Shown here: positions 22,501-33,900 of the stretch, piece after piece
Position numbering within the stretch: the first letter of the stretch is position 1
How the letters are laid out: each line of letters starts with the position of its first letter
Source of the DNA: a virus
DNA length: 64,000 nt
Reading direction: 5' to 3' (one strand)
IMG/VR virus record: IMGVR_UViG_3300044609_000988
Coordinates: 1-64,000 of that record
Made by a program: the position numbers and the translations under genes
Notes under the pieces: generated by a model
The model's database searches: none
Seen by the model: only the letters and a program-made list of their open reading frames with translations
What the model was told of the DNA's origin: nothing

Positions 22501-25500
22501 CTGGTGCTGTTGGTACATTAATTGGTAACGTAATTAATAACAATCAATTAGTTTTAAGAGATGTTAGTGGATCTTTTGAACCAAATGAAGAAATTGAATC
22601 CACTATTAATGTAATTAATTTAGTTTTAAGTCAAAACTCTTCATTTACTGCAGGTAGTGTCATATCTTTATCAAATGGCATTGATGATCCAGTAGCTACT
22701 GGATTGGTTTTAGAAACTACTAACAATCAAAATAGTTTAAAATTAAAAGTATTAACTGGTAATTTCTTAGTTGATAACACCTTATTCCTAAAGAGTGGTA
22801 ACTTAAATGATACTGTTGGTTCTAAAATTATTATTCTAAATTCATTAAGTATTGGCATCGTTGCTAACACAATTAATGACAATATTGCCATTGTAGAAAC
22901 AGATGAGAATCACAATCTAACTATTGGCGATAAAGTTATTATTGATGTAAATCCAGATGATTCTTTAACTGAAACAGAATATTATGTCAGAAAAAGATAT
23001 TATCAAAAAGTAACATTAAAAGCTCCTAGAGTAATCAAAAAGATTAATGACCTTGGTTTAGGTCGTTATGATCTATTAAATAGTGGCGTAGATTACTCTG
23101 TCGGCACTTATACCAACGTAGAATTAGTTTTTCAAAATAATACTACAGCAAGAAATGAAATTGGTCTTCCTGGCGATCCTGGTAACGCTAGAGCTACTAT
23201 AATCGTTTCTGGTGCAAATGGTTCTAATTATGGTGGAGTTGTACAGGTAATAATCACAAATAAAGGTACTGGTTACAGAAAAGGAGATATTTTAACTGTA
23301 GCCGATGATGATCTGAATAGATTAGTATCGAGTGTTTCTACACAAAGACTTACTTTATTAGTTGATCATGTTGGATTTGCTAAAGAAAATACAGAATTGA
23401 AATTGAATTCTATTGTTAGTGTTTCTAATGATGACCTTTTACAGATAGGTGACGAAATTGTTAAAGTTACTTCTGTAAACGAAATCAATAAATCTGTCTT
23501 TGTTGTTCGTGGTCAAAATCAAACTCGTATTGTAGATCATTATAATGGCAAAGAAATATCTTCATTGAATGCAAGATACAGATTTACTGAAGAACAAAGA
23601 ATTAAAGGTGATGGATTAAATGATCCATATGTATCTTCTTATGACGAAAAAACACAAGAACTAACATTGGTGTTTGATTACTCTTCATCATCTCCAAATC
23701 AACTACTAAGAAGTAATACTTTTTATGATGCAAGCAGCCCAAGAAAATTAGTAACTATTTCTTCCACGGATTCTTCTGAATATAGACTAGAATTTTCCAA
23801 AGATAACACAAATTTTGCTGCCAATCCAGTTGTACAAATCCAAAAATACTACAAATACAGATTTGATGTAAGTCATTTTTCAATGACTGATACTTATTTG
23901 GACTTTTCTTCCAGTTCAAATTATAATGTATTTACAGAAGAAAAGTTTGTAAGTAGCATTTCTCCTGGCAACCCTGGATCTTATTTGTCGATTAAATTGG
24001 GATTTGGACCAAATATTTCAACAAATACATTTGAGCAGAAAAAACCAATCAATTTCACCAATTATTTTTATTTTATTAAAGTATCTGATGTAAATACACA
24101 AAATTCGTATCTACAAGTAGTAGATGATCCACTGACAGGAGAAAAGGAAGTAGTTTATTCCACAGATACTAAATTTGTTTACAATCTATCTGGCGTTCCA
24201 GAATATGATGGTACAGGTACAATCGATTACACAACATCATCTAAATTTGCTATCGGCAAAATAAACAGTATATTAATTGAAAATTTTGGAGATGATTATC
24301 GTCGTGTTCCTACTGTGTATGGAATTGATGTTGCCGAAGAGTATGAAGCTAAAATTGATGTGATTTATGATGCTGTAGAGAAAAAAATTAAATCTATTGC
24401 TATTATTGATGGTGGGTCAAATTATTCCAAACCAAAAGCAATTGTTGTAGATGGAGATGGATCTGATGCTCAATTTGAAGTATCAGTAGATTCGGGCGCA
24501 ATTAATAGAGTTACTGTTCGCAACGAAGGAAGAAATTACTCATATCTCCCAACAATAAAGATTATAGAAACTGATGTAAAAGTATATTTTTCTAGTAATA
24601 ATATTGGCATTCCCCAAACAGTTAGTATTGTCGAAAATGGTTATGCCTTCCATAACGACAAAACATTATATCCCGAATTTAAATCTCCAACAACACTACT
24701 TCTTGAAGATGTAGTAGACAATGCTTTTGCTATAGGCGAAAAGGTAGTTCAATATGATAACGGAAATATTATTTTTTCTGCTGTTGTTGCCAAAAATGGA
24801 TTTAGACCAGGAAGCAATATTCTTAGACTTGAAAAAATTAATGGTGTAATTGATAAATCATTACCAATCAAAGGCACGGTCAAAAATAATACTGCGACGA
24901 TTAAGGCAGTATTATCAACTGTATTTGCTCCAGATATCAGAACCTTCTTTGACAATCAAGGAAGATTTGCTTCGGATAAAGGAAAGATTGGTGTTTCTTC
25001 GCAAAAGATCACTGATTCATTCTTTTATCAAGATTACTCTTATGTAATTAAATCAAAAACTCCAATTTCTGTTTGGAGAGATTTAATTAAAGAAACTGTA
25101 CACCCAGCTGGTTTTAAACTGTTTGGCGAAGTTGCGGTAGAATCTGATGGCAATACTTCTATGCCATCAGAAATAGAAGCAAATAAAACAGAGTCAGTTA
25201 CATTTATAAATCTTGGAGCAAAAAATATTTCCGTAATTGGAACTAGAAGATATGTAACCGAATCATTTGTAAACTTAAATGCTTTTAAAGTCGAAAGAGG
25301 TCTTGGATCTATTTCGGTAGATACTTTTGATAATTCAGAAACTATCGCTGGCGAATTTATTCTTTCCACTCCGTTTAATGGTAGATTAGATTCTTATGAT
25401 GGTCAGCCAATTGGAGATACTGTTTTTACATTAATTGATAAAAAATCTGGATTGCCAATTGCTCCATATAATGAGCAACAATTAATAATTACTTTAGATG

Positions 25501-28500
25501 GAGTTTTACAAGAACCTGGCGAAGCATACACTGTAAGCGGCACACAGATTACTTTTAGTTATCCTCCGTTTGGATCAAACACAACAGAAGGTCAATATGT
25601 TACTGGCCAGAAATTTTATGGTAGATATTTTAAATTCAAGACAGATGATTTAAATTTTGAATACTTAAGAAAATTAAGATCAATTGAGTCTGAATTTGAT
25701 GGCGTAAATATGCAATTTGATTTGTATTATGACAATAATGATATAGTAAAGACAGATAAAAATGAGAATTTAATCATAACATTAAACTCAATTGTTCAAA
25801 AAGCAAAATCATCTGTTATTGATACTTCAACTGAAGAGTTAAATTATTTACCAGAAAAAAATTCATATTATATCTTAAGATCAGATGATCCTGATGTTAC
25901 TGATAAAATTGTATTTTCTGATCCACCGATCAAACATTCTGACATAGATGAAAATACCGAGCCACAACTATCTGGCAGGGAGTCTTCATTTGGATATACA
26001 ATTGGTTCTTACTTGAGATTAAAAATTAATAATGATTTAATTGAGTATAGAAGAACTGGCCCATTTTTAATCATTGATGAAATTACTCAACGAGTAAAGA
26101 AAATTGATAATTCAAAATACGCTTTAGTTTTTATTGATGGTGTTCTACAAGTAGAAGGAGAATCATATAGAATAAGTGGTCCTACAATAACATTTACTAA
26201 ACCATTAAATTATTTTGTGTCAGAAAGTGGCGAAGCCATTTATCCTGATGTCAATATAATTCTATTATATGGTAGAGATATTGCTCAATCATTAACAGTT
26301 TATGATTTTGAAAAAGATACTTTCTACAATAAATTAACATTAACAATTACTGGTTCTGGTACATATACCCAGTTTATAAATTGGTATGGTCCTGTAGGAA
26401 CGAAAGAAATTTGGGTATATCAAAATAATAAAGCACTAGGAAAATTAAGAGCTTTTAGAAAAGCAACGGAAACCCAATGGAATATAACTTTATCATCACA
26501 AAACGTCTTATACAATTCTAATTACTCGCTCAAATTTTCTACCCATCCAGGTCTGAATGATCCTTCAGATCTGACCATTTCTGGCCCATATCAACTTTCT
26601 ACTTTATACGAACAGAATACTGATGGAGATAGATTATTAAGCAGATCTAGCAGCAGATACTTATATGGTTCTGAATTAGCTGACAAAGCTTGGTATGAAC
26701 AAACCAGATCATATGCTAATTTACATCCAGGTGATTTAATTAAAATTGATGGAGAAAAAGCATATCGTGAAGTTTCATCAATACCAGCTAAAGTAAAAAC
26801 AAAAGATTATCGTTATGATTCTTTTGTGAGTAATAATGTTTATAGCAAAATTTTTGCTACAAACTATAATGATATTGTTAGAGGCGAAGGACTAGCAGTT
26901 ATTGCAAATATCGCCAATGGAAAAGTTGTTTCTTTAGATTGGAATAAGAGAGAATTAGAATTATATTTTAAATATAACTTATTATTGCAACCAACTGCAT
27001 ATCAATATTATACACCACCAATTTTACAGTTTATTCCAAATGATAAAACTGGTGGTGGTGCTAGAGCTGAAGTTATTGTATATGATGGTCAAGTAATTGA
27101 TCTTAAATTACTTGACGGTGGTTCTGGATACATAGAAGCTCCTACAGTAGTAGTTTCTAGGGGTTATGATATTATCAAGGATCCTAATAGGAAAATTGAT
27201 AGCTTTACTGAGCTGAATTTAAATATAGAAATTACTGGATTTACATTAACTTTTTCTAGCTTTGTTGATGTACAAACTGCTAGAGTTGAAGGTAATGTAC
27301 TAGAAATTATTTCTTTTAATGGTCCTAATAATCTCAGTATTGAAGGAAATATCACTGCAATCATTCAAACAATTAATGATGTTGGATTAGAAAATAAAAA
27401 ATTATACACAGAACTTTATGTTTCTGCTGGATTTATTAGACCAATTGAATTCAGTAGTATTGTTTCTACTGATAGACAGATTACAAATATTATTGATGTT
27501 CCATTCGATGTAATTTCTCGTTCTACAGTAACTTCAACTGATAGACAAATCACAAAGAATATTACCAAAGTAGTTAATAATTCTATTATTGAAACTGCAC
27601 CATATTCTATTAATGATGTTGGAGCATTCTTGGATCTTCCCCTCACTGAAACTGATACTATTGTTTATATTCCTGATACAAGCAGATTCCCAGATTCTAG
27701 TAGATTACTTATTGGAAAAGAAATTGTAACTTATAACAAAAAGCTAAGTGATCGTTTCTTAGATGTTGCTCGTGGAACATTCGGAACTACTGCAACAACT
27801 CATAATGCAGGTGATTATCTTAGACACTTACCTGAACTTGTAACTGTAGTTTCTGCTGGGCCAACTACAGAAATTATTACCGAAGTTACTGTATCTCAAA
27901 TCAGTACTACTTATTTTGAATCGGTAAGAAGCACTCAGGTTTTATATGATGATACTCCTGTAGTAACTATACAAGATACAGCTACAAATATTATATCAAT
28001 TGAGCAAATTGACATACAAAATGCAAATAGCCGTATAGTTACTGAAATTGTTATTGCTCCACCAGATTCTAAGATCACTAGTTTTGTTACTACGATACAG
28101 CAAAATGGCACTGAGTACGTAACTGGTATTAATTCTGTAATTGATACTTATCAACAAATTTATTCTTCATCAATACAAACGATACTTGCTAATTCTATTG
28201 AGACAATAAGTTCTGCCACAAACACAATTGTTAATACCGACATTGAAATTCTAAAAGAAACAGCAGAACTAATAAGTCAATTTAATAATGTAATTTCTTC
28301 TTCAATTGTATCGGAAATTGATGTTCCTGTTTCTGCATACACATTTAGTAAAGTAATTACAACTAATGTAGCTAAAAATGCAGATATTGAAATATTCCGC
28401 AAGTTTGGAGTTCTAGATTATTTTGAAGAGTCTGTAGTATTGTTTAACCCAATTAAGACTAGAACAGGAGAAATTACATTAGAAGATCCAGAAAATGAAG

Positions 28501-29009
28501 TTGTATTGAGAAATTTAAGTACAATAAATGTTATTAATAAAACCATATTCCGTGAAGAGTTTTATACTTCATATCAAGTAGGAAACGTTGGATTAACTTT
28601 AAAATCTTTCCAAGATAATATGTTTATTGATACTGGAACATTTAACTCTGGCATGTCATTACTAGAGTTATCTTTAGCGTATCCATCATTGACAATTAAT
28701 GATTTTACGGAAAGACCAACTTCTGCAATTACATTGACAGGAGAAAGATTTAATATGGGAATTCCTTCTATTCAAAATCCTGTAGTCTATGCAGTCGGAT
28801 CTAATTTATCTTCTTCAAGTATAATTGGTGTTGTGGGAAATATTTCTGCATTCCCAACTACAGGTTACTTATTACAGGCTTCTTCTACTGGACAGTATAC
28901 TGTTGTTCAATATACTGGAAAAACTACATCAACATTCACTGGTTGTACTATTATTAATGGATCAAATATTATTAATTCAGGAAATCAAATTATACCATAT
29001 TCCGTCTGA
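19503..29009 (+). CDS. gp7: baseplate wedge initiator gp7-like giant protein with YHYH-like domain
   Basis: Between gp6 and gp8; QLP.FI..EY..F, LIKNI..FYKAKGT and DS.FYQDYSYVIKS...W...VHPAG.K.FG motifs; HSPILGFAYDG.PIYGP...LDE.NGRF..TP.YP (about 21790-22130). Confidence 0.85.
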   Translation: MAPKTRKISTLVEQQLPGFISSEYVNFSKFVEKYYEQLESQGQPIDIISNITKYRDIDFYEENLLNQYTTLVSNISDNAASITVLDATSFPKENGYIRINNEICFYKSRTDTEFLDVSRGVSGNTTLGDLYSETTFVSTESASHEAGQLVYNVSNLFLYAFIKNFESQYLGAFPEKYLKGQVDKRTLIKNISKFYKAKGTDKSIKFIFNSIVSRDAGDIPEVYNPKDSTIKASTSDWVSTYSLKVKFLSGDPLSIIGERLTQALDETKPDMLYASAIVDNVVFKGSTEEGDIYEIILDPATINGTFEIASKTTLRKSITTGLSTGQKINVGSTMGWKSTGKILIGNEVIKYNAKNATQFVVDQRGTPPSTHFAGDNVYSFSTVTCKETSLLTLGILYNLNVAQAAPYSEEKDAIQISDSGFETRDPIIFNKTTNNVRWIINESNLSPSIQSNVALQNAVSEELANVSAIYEDDQYYYICSSGYPSHDILSSEVDVNLVGQNLLRLIRKNPTTTTEVYSTGNRDVGIFVDGTLVLNHKDSEFVNFGKITKITVTKNGTGYKNPPFVLINDQPKKANASLSGEVLESIAINTTESFTRIPSITITSGRGAKVDAVVTSGKITSLIIRNPGEYYSSPPVIRITDLAGRGKFADYTAVISPKGQLVDFVKVDEGKFYTKENVVVEVIEDARGTEASAFAEIEKWSFDRLKKNELKVDDSYGYVVETYDSINRQDKDYVYGRIANPTRLRILLNDNLNSAFNEPSYKTHSPILGFAYDGVPIYGPFGYQNPTDPSSLVVRLSSGYQLKSSRLNGPSVNTYPLGTFIEDYEWKPSVNTGKTELDENNGRFCVTPDYPNGVYAYFLTVNSSNVPVFPYILGKNYYSLPVDSNYNSNISQNDLPVKARRLRTPELENNGSSAYAYIESVKTGGVSGATVEDSHNNFKVGSVVRINNSNTEGSGAAASVASVVGKNVLSLETKQTKATEIKTLQTAYYFEGDTITQPSTGAVGTLIGNVINNNQLVLRDVSGSFEPNEEIESTINVINLVLSQNSSFTAGSVISLSNGIDDPVATGLVLETTNNQNSLKLKVLTGNFLVDNTLFLKSGNLNDTVGSKIIILNSLSIGIVANTINDNIAIVETDENHNLTIGDKVIIDVNPDDSLTETEYYVRKRYYQKVTLKAPRVIKKINDLGLGRYDLLNSGVDYSVGTYTNVELVFQNNTTARNEIGLPGDPGNARATIIVSGANGSNYGGVVQVIITNKGTGYRKGDILTVADDDLNRLVSSVSTQRLTLLVDHVGFAKENTELKLNSIVSVSNDDLLQIGDEIVKVTSVNEINKSVFVVRGQNQTRIVDHYNGKEISSLNARYRFTEEQRIKGDGLNDPYVSSYDEKTQELTLVFDYSSSSPNQLLRSNTFYDASSPRKLVTISSTDSSEYRLEFSKDNTNFAANPVVQIQKYYKYRFDVSHFSMTDTYLDFSSSSNYNVFTEEKFVSSISPGNPGSYLSIKLGFGPNISTNTFEQKKPINFTNYFYFIKVSDVNTQNSYLQVVDDPLTGEKEVVYSTDTKFVYNLSGVPEYDGTGTIDYTTSSKFAIGKINSILIENFGDDYRRVPTVYGIDVAEEYEAKIDVIYDAVEKKIKSIAIIDGGSNYSKPKAIVVDGDGSDAQFEVSVDSGAINRVTVRNEGRNYSYLPTIKIIETDVKVYFSSNNIGIPQTVSIVENGYAFHNDKTLYPEFKSPTTLLLEDVVDNAFAIGEKVVQYDNGNIIFSAVVAKNGFRPGSNILRLEKINGVIDKSLPIKGTVKNNTATIKAVLSTVFAPDIRTFFDNQGRFASDKGKIGVSSQKITDSFFYQDYSYVIKSKTPISVWRDLIKETVHPAGFKLFGEVAVESDGNTSMPSEIEANKTESVTFINLGAKNISVIGTRRYVTESFVNLNAFKVERGLGSISVDTFDNSETIAGEFILSTPFNGRLDSYDGQPIGDTVFTLIDKKSGLPIAPYNEQQLIITLDGVLQEPGEAYTVSGTQITFSYPPFGSNTTEGQYVTGQKFYGRYFKFKTDDLNFEYLRKLRSIESEFDGVNMQFDLYYDNNDIVKTDKNENLIITLNSIVQKAKSSVIDTSTEELNYLPEKNSYYILRSDDPDVTDKIVFSDPPIKHSDIDENTEPQLSGRESSFGYTIGSYLRLKINNDLIEYRRTGPFLIIDEITQRVKKIDNSKYALVFIDGVLQVEGESYRISGPTITFTKPLNYFVSESGEAIYPDVNIILLYGRDIAQSLTVYDFEKDTFYNKLTLTITGSGTYTQFINWYGPVGTKEIWVYQNNKALGKLRAFRKATETQWNITLSSQNVLYNSNYSLKFSTHPGLNDPSDLTISGPYQLSTLYEQNTDGDRLLSRSSSRYLYGSELADKAWYEQTRSYANLHPGDLIKIDGEKAYREVSSIPAKVKTKDYRYDSFVSNNVYSKIFATNYNDIVRGEGLAVIANIANGKVVSLDWNKRELELYFKYNLLLQPTAYQYYTPPILQFIPNDKTGGGARAEVIVYDGQVIDLKLLDGGSGYIEAPTVVVSRGYDIIKDPNRKIDSFTELNLNIEITGFTLTFSSFVDVQTARVEGNVLEIISFNGPNNLSIEGNITAIIQTINDVGLENKKLYTELYVSAGFIRPIEFSSIVSTDRQITNIIDVPFDVISRSTVTSTDRQITKNITKVVNNSIIETAPYSINDVGAFLDLPLTETDTIVYIPDTSRFPDSSRLLIGKEIVTYNKKLSDRFLDVARGTFGTTATTHNAGDYLRHLPELVTVVSAGPTTEIITEVTVSQISTTYFESVRSTQVLYDDTPVVTIQDTATNIISIEQIDIQNANSRIVTEIVIAPPDSKITSFVTTIQQNGTEYVTGINSVIDTYQQIYSSSIQTILANSIETISSATNTIVNTDIEILKETAELISQFNNVISSSIVSEIDVPVSAYTFSKVITTNVAKNADIEIFRKFGVLDYFEESVVLFNPIKTRTGEITLEDPENEVVLRNLSTINVINKTIFREEFYTSYQVGNVGLTLKSFQDNMFIDTGTFNSGMSLLELSLAYPSLTINDFTERPTSAITLTGERFNMGIPSIQNPVVYAVGSNLSSSSIIGVVGNISAFPTTGYLLQASSTGQYTVVQYTGKTTSTFTGCTIINGSNIINSGNQIIPYSV

Positions 29010-29063
29010 TCTGTATAAATATAAATACATCAGACATAAAAATTCACTAGAGAGTTCAAGTAA

Positions 29064-30893
29064 ATGGCTGCTATTATTTCAGATAAATTCAGGATTTTTA
29101 ATGCTGGACAATTTCTAGAATCTCTTTCGGAAGGTTCTACCGATACTGGCGTAGAGCGCACCAGAATGTACTTTTTTGTTGGTCGTTCTCAGAGATGGGA
29201 TTCGTACTTAGAAATTTACAGCAAAAATGCTACTGCATTTGTAGCGGGCCAAGAAGTTTACGTTGGCTCTTCTTATGCAAGTGCTACATTTAAAGCAAAA
29301 ATCCGTGTAGTAAATGCGGATAGCTTACTTCTTTATGATGTTCTTCCTAGCTCAACAGCTTCACCAAACGTTGGTTCAACTCTAAAAGGCTGGAACGGAA
29401 CTTCAGATACTGGTGCTCAGGCATTAACAGGTGTATATCGTTACGCTACCGAAGATGTTCCACCTGTTCCCCTAGATAACCAAGCAGAAAAATATGATAT
29501 CTATGATGATATTATTGCTGCTAAGAGAGTAACTTCAACATATGCAAGAACAGTAATCAGAAGATACAATTGGGATCTGGTTGCTAACCCTAAATTTGAC
29601 ATGTGGAAGCCTGATTACTCGGCTACCCCTGGCGGTGGTGGTCAAATCGGCAAATCTGGTGCAACTGGAGCATCGTCAATTTCTGATGCTAAGTTCTATG
29701 TTGTAAACTCAAATTATGAAGTATTCAAGTGTCTTTATAATGGCCAGTCTCCTGCAAACCCAACAGGAACAAATGCTACATATGAGCCAAAAACAACTCC
29801 AGCTGCTGGACAAGGAACCTATGCAAGTGGCATTTATTCAGAACCTTCTGGCACATATATCTGGAAATATTTGTTCACCATCCCAACCGATGATGTATTA
29901 AGATTCCTATCAACTGACTTTATGCCAATTGTTGATAGCACAAATGCTACTCGTGTCGCAACTGAAGCTGCTGCTGTAGATGGCGAAGTACGTGTAGTTT
30001 TAGTTGAGGCTGCTGGAGCAAACTTACCTAATGGCACTCACTATGCCCCTATTACTGGTGATGGTACTGGTGGTAAAGTACAAATTGTTGTTTCTGGTGG
30101 TGCAATTACTTCAGTTTCTGTAACTGCTGCTGGTAGTGGTTACACTTATGCAACTGTTGCTTTAGCAACTGGCACAGGTTCTGGAGCTACTGCATATGGT
30201 TTATTCAGTGACAGTGCATTAACTGCTGCTGTAACTGTTGCTTCAAACGCAACTGGAGCATTAGAGCCAATCATTTCTCCTCAAGGTGGTCATGGTGCTA
30301 ACCTAGAAGAAGAGCTAAATGGTAAGCGAGTAATGCTTAACATCCGTTTAACTTATGCTGAAGGTTCTGGCGACTTCCCAGTTGATAACGATTTCCGCAG
30401 AATTGGTATTTTAAGAAACCCACTTCTAAATGGAACTACTGATTATGCAACAGTAGATACACTTAATGGTTTATATTCCGTAAAAATCACTGGTGCTACT
30501 GCTGGTTTTGTTCCTGACGAAACTATTACTCAAACTGTAACTGGCGGAACTGCTCTAGGAACCGTTGTTTCATGGACTTTAGATTCTGGCAGCACAACTG
30601 CTGGCGTATTGAAGTATATCCAATCACCACAACTTCACAAGAATAATGGTGTTGTTCGTGCATTTGAATCAAATGCTTCTAATGCAATTACTGGCGGCAT
30701 TTCACTAGCTTCTGGTGCAGTTGACACCACTTTTGCTGATGGCACGGTTCTTCTTGGTTCTACTTTCACTGATGGCTTAGCTCTTCCAGAAATCAAAAAT
30801 AACTCTGGAGAAGTAATATACATAGAGAATAGAAGACTAATCACCAGAGCCCCTGACCAAATCGAAGATATCAAACTGGTTATTGAGTTCTGA
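29064..30893 (+). CDS. gp8: baseplate wedge subunit gp8
   Basis: MAAII...FRI.NA..F, FYV.N..Y.V.KCLYN, YIWKYL.TI, SGE.IYIENR..I.R..DQ.EDIK.VIEF; TATAAATA late promoters 29014-29027. Confidence 0.92.
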   Translation: MAAIISDKFRIFNAGQFLESLSEGSTDTGVERTRMYFFVGRSQRWDSYLEIYSKNATAFVAGQEVYVGSSYASATFKAKIRVVNADSLLLYDVLPSSTASPNVGSTLKGWNGTSDTGAQALTGVYRYATEDVPPVPLDNQAEKYDIYDDIIAAKRVTSTYARTVIRRYNWDLVANPKFDMWKPDYSATPGGGGQIGKSGATGASSISDAKFYVVNSNYEVFKCLYNGQSPANPTGTNATYEPKTTPAAGQGTYASGIYSEPSGTYIWKYLFTIPTDDVLRFLSTDFMPIVDSTNATRVATEAAAVDGEVRVVLVEAAGANLPNGTHYAPITGDGTGGKVQIVVSGGAITSVSVTAAGSGYTYATVALATGTGSGATAYGLFSDSALTAAVTVASNATGALEPIISPQGGHGANLEEELNGKRVMLNIRLTYAEGSGDFPVDNDFRRIGILRNPLLNGTTDYATVDTLNGLYSVKITGATAGFVPDETITQTVTGGTALGTVVSWTLDSGSTTAGVLKYIQSPQLHKNNGVVRAFESNASNAITGGISLASGAVDTTFADGTVLLGSTFTDGLALPEIKNNSGEVIYIENRRLITRAPDQIEDIKLVIEF

Positions 30894-30932
30894 TCATTAG
30901 ATTAGTAAGAAATTCTCTAGAACTTATTTACA

Positions 30933-33900
30933 ATGCCACAGAAGACAAATCTTAATGTATCCCCATACTATGATGATTTTGACGCTAAAAAGAATTTCTA
31001 CAAAGTTCTTTTTAGACCAGGATATTCAATTCAGACGAGGGAGTTAACCTCCCTCCAGTCTATTCTCCAAAATCAAATTGAAAGCTACGGTAAATTTCAA
31101 TTTAAACAAGGAGATTTAGTAGTACCTGGAGAAGTCGGGTTAAATACTCGATTGGATTACGTTAAGCTGTCTTCTGTTTCAGAAGTAGCAGTGAATGTAG
31201 ATGGAAATATTGTTTTCCAAAAATATGATATTAAGAAGCTAATAGGTCAACAAGTTCAGGGAATTACATCTGGTGTTGTTGCTAATGTCTTAGCTGCAGA
31301 ATATAGCTCATCAACAGAATCCGATACACTATTTGTTAAATATACAACTAGTGGCAATTCTGGGGATGAGCTAACTTTTCGTCAAGGCGAAACTTTAGAA
31401 ATTATTAATGGTGTTAATACACCCCTACTTGTTGTTGGTACTGATGGAAGCGCCTTACCAACAAGTATTAAAATTACTGATCCAGATACAAATCAATCAT
31501 CATTCAAAGAAAGCCCCGCAATGGGATTTGCTTCTGCTGTTAAAGTAGAAGAAGGAATTTATTTTATTAATGGATATTTTGTAAGAAATAACGAACAGTT
31601 ATTAGTAATCAATAAGTATTATAACGAACCATCATTGATTGTTGGTTTTGATATTGAAGAGAATATCATTGCTCCTGAGCAAGATGCATCTTTATATGAT
31701 AATTCAAAAGGATTTTCAAATTCAACTGCTCCAGGAGCCCACAGATTAACTATTAATCTGAAGTTGAAAACTTATGAATATGGAGCACAGACTGATAAAA
31801 ATTTCATTCAGCTGTTATCAATTAAATCTGGTGTAGTTCAAAAGCAGATTAAGCAAGCTGATTATACTCTTTTAGAAAGCACTTTAGCTCGCAGAACATA
31901 TGATGAATCTGGTGATTACGTTGTAGATAATTTTTCTTTAGAAGTTAGAGAATATTATCAAAAAAATAATAATTTTGGTATCTTTACCAAAGATTCAAAT
32001 AATTTAGTTAATGGTCTTTCTGAATCAGAAGCTTCTTCCAAACTTCTTGCTAGTGTAGGTCCAGGCAAAGCTTATGTAAGAGGCTACGAAATTGTTAATG
32101 GAGAAACCAAATATCTACCAATTAACAAATCCAGAGATACTATTACTCGTGATAACATTACTTTAAAGACTCAAGGATTAGCTGAATTTAAAGTTACTAA
32201 CGTATATGGAACTATACCATTAAATGATGAAGGTGCTGATGCAACTGCATACCCAACTGTATTTTTAAATTCAGTATTTAATGATGGCACTATTGGTCTA
32301 AATGATCTAGAGTCGGCATCCAATCAAAAGCAAACTATTAGCAGAAGAAGCGAAGGGTTTGAAATTGGTTATGGTATTAAAACTATCTATATCTCAGTAT
32401 CTAGTTTAACCAATCCAATCCAAACTATCAATGATAGCAACTTTGATTCTGTATTAAATGATCTTTGGTTTATTAAGACAAGAACTGGCACAACACCATC
32501 AACTATTGATAGTGTAAGACCAATTGCATATTCCAAAGTAAATCGCCCAGATCTTGCTGCAGATGTTGCTTTATTAGAGCTTACTATATACGGTAAAAAG
32601 GATTTACTATCATTATTCCTCAAGGAATATGATGAACAATCTGCATCTAAATTACGTGATGTATTTTTATCTCAAGCAGATGCTTTCGCAAACCAAAATA
32701 AATTTGGTTCTGTAGTAGATTATAGTGAAGTTATTACTCCTGTTATTGGTCTAGCTAAACCAAAGAATTTTAGCCTAGTAGAAAGAGGCAATGGTTTTAA
32801 TCAAGATACTGATATTGTTATTTCTCGTGGCAGATTGAATGATGGTACTGCATCATACAACAGTACTTTCAAATTTAATTATTTCAATCCAGTATTTTTC
32901 ACCAGACTATTATTGGATAGTACTGTTCCTGAAAGTAACATCAGTAGCCAACAATTCACCCCAGGCAAGTACATCAAGGGTCTCCAGAGCGGTGCCTACG
33001 GGGTCGTAGAAGGCTCCTTAACCGAGTTTTACTCATATGGTAACACCCTTTTCGTAAAGACGCTCTCAGGCACCTTCCAGCCTGGCGAGAGCATCACTGA
33101 CGAAAATGGAAACATTTTGCGTATTGCTAAAGAAAATACAATATCCCACTTTATTGTTGCCAAGCGTGGTGCTGGATTTGTTAATCCAACTGTAACCATT
33201 GATGGCGTTTCATATGACAACTCGAAAGTAAAAGTATTTACGGAAGGAAGTTCAGTTTACAGAATTGATGTTTTAGATAGAGATTCAGTATCAGCAGAAT
33301 ATTCCACTCCACCTATTGTTGTTGTAAATTCAGCCGAAGCAACAGTTTCTACTTGTATAGTGGAACCAGTTTTATATAGAGATACAGTATACACTTACTC
33401 ACCACAAAATGTAAAGTCATTCTTTGCTGAGTATGGTTCTGCAAAGAATAATAAATTTACTGCTGATATCGAAGTAAATAAGACAGCTTATACAGATACA
33501 ACTCCCATAACTGATTTCAGTTTTACTGGATTTGCTGGAGACAAGTATATTGAATGCAATGGTTTTGGTGGAGATCCAACTAAGCTATTGACGCAAGGTG
33601 ATTTAATTCTATTTGCTGATGATGAAGGAAGAACGAATAGAATGATCGTTCAATATACTACTAAGCCAGAAGGATCAAAGAAAGCACGTATTTACTTAGA
33701 TTATGCATTGCCAGCAAATGCAATTAATGTTTCTGTCGTTAGATTAAGACCACAAATTTCAAATTTCAATACAAGTCTAATCTTCCCAACAGGTAGTAGC
33801 CAAGTAAGTTCACTAATCAAGGATAGTGCAGATAGTAAGTTCAAATATTATGTAAGAAGAGATTTTATCACTACAGGTTCTTCAAGTGGTGGTAGTGTTA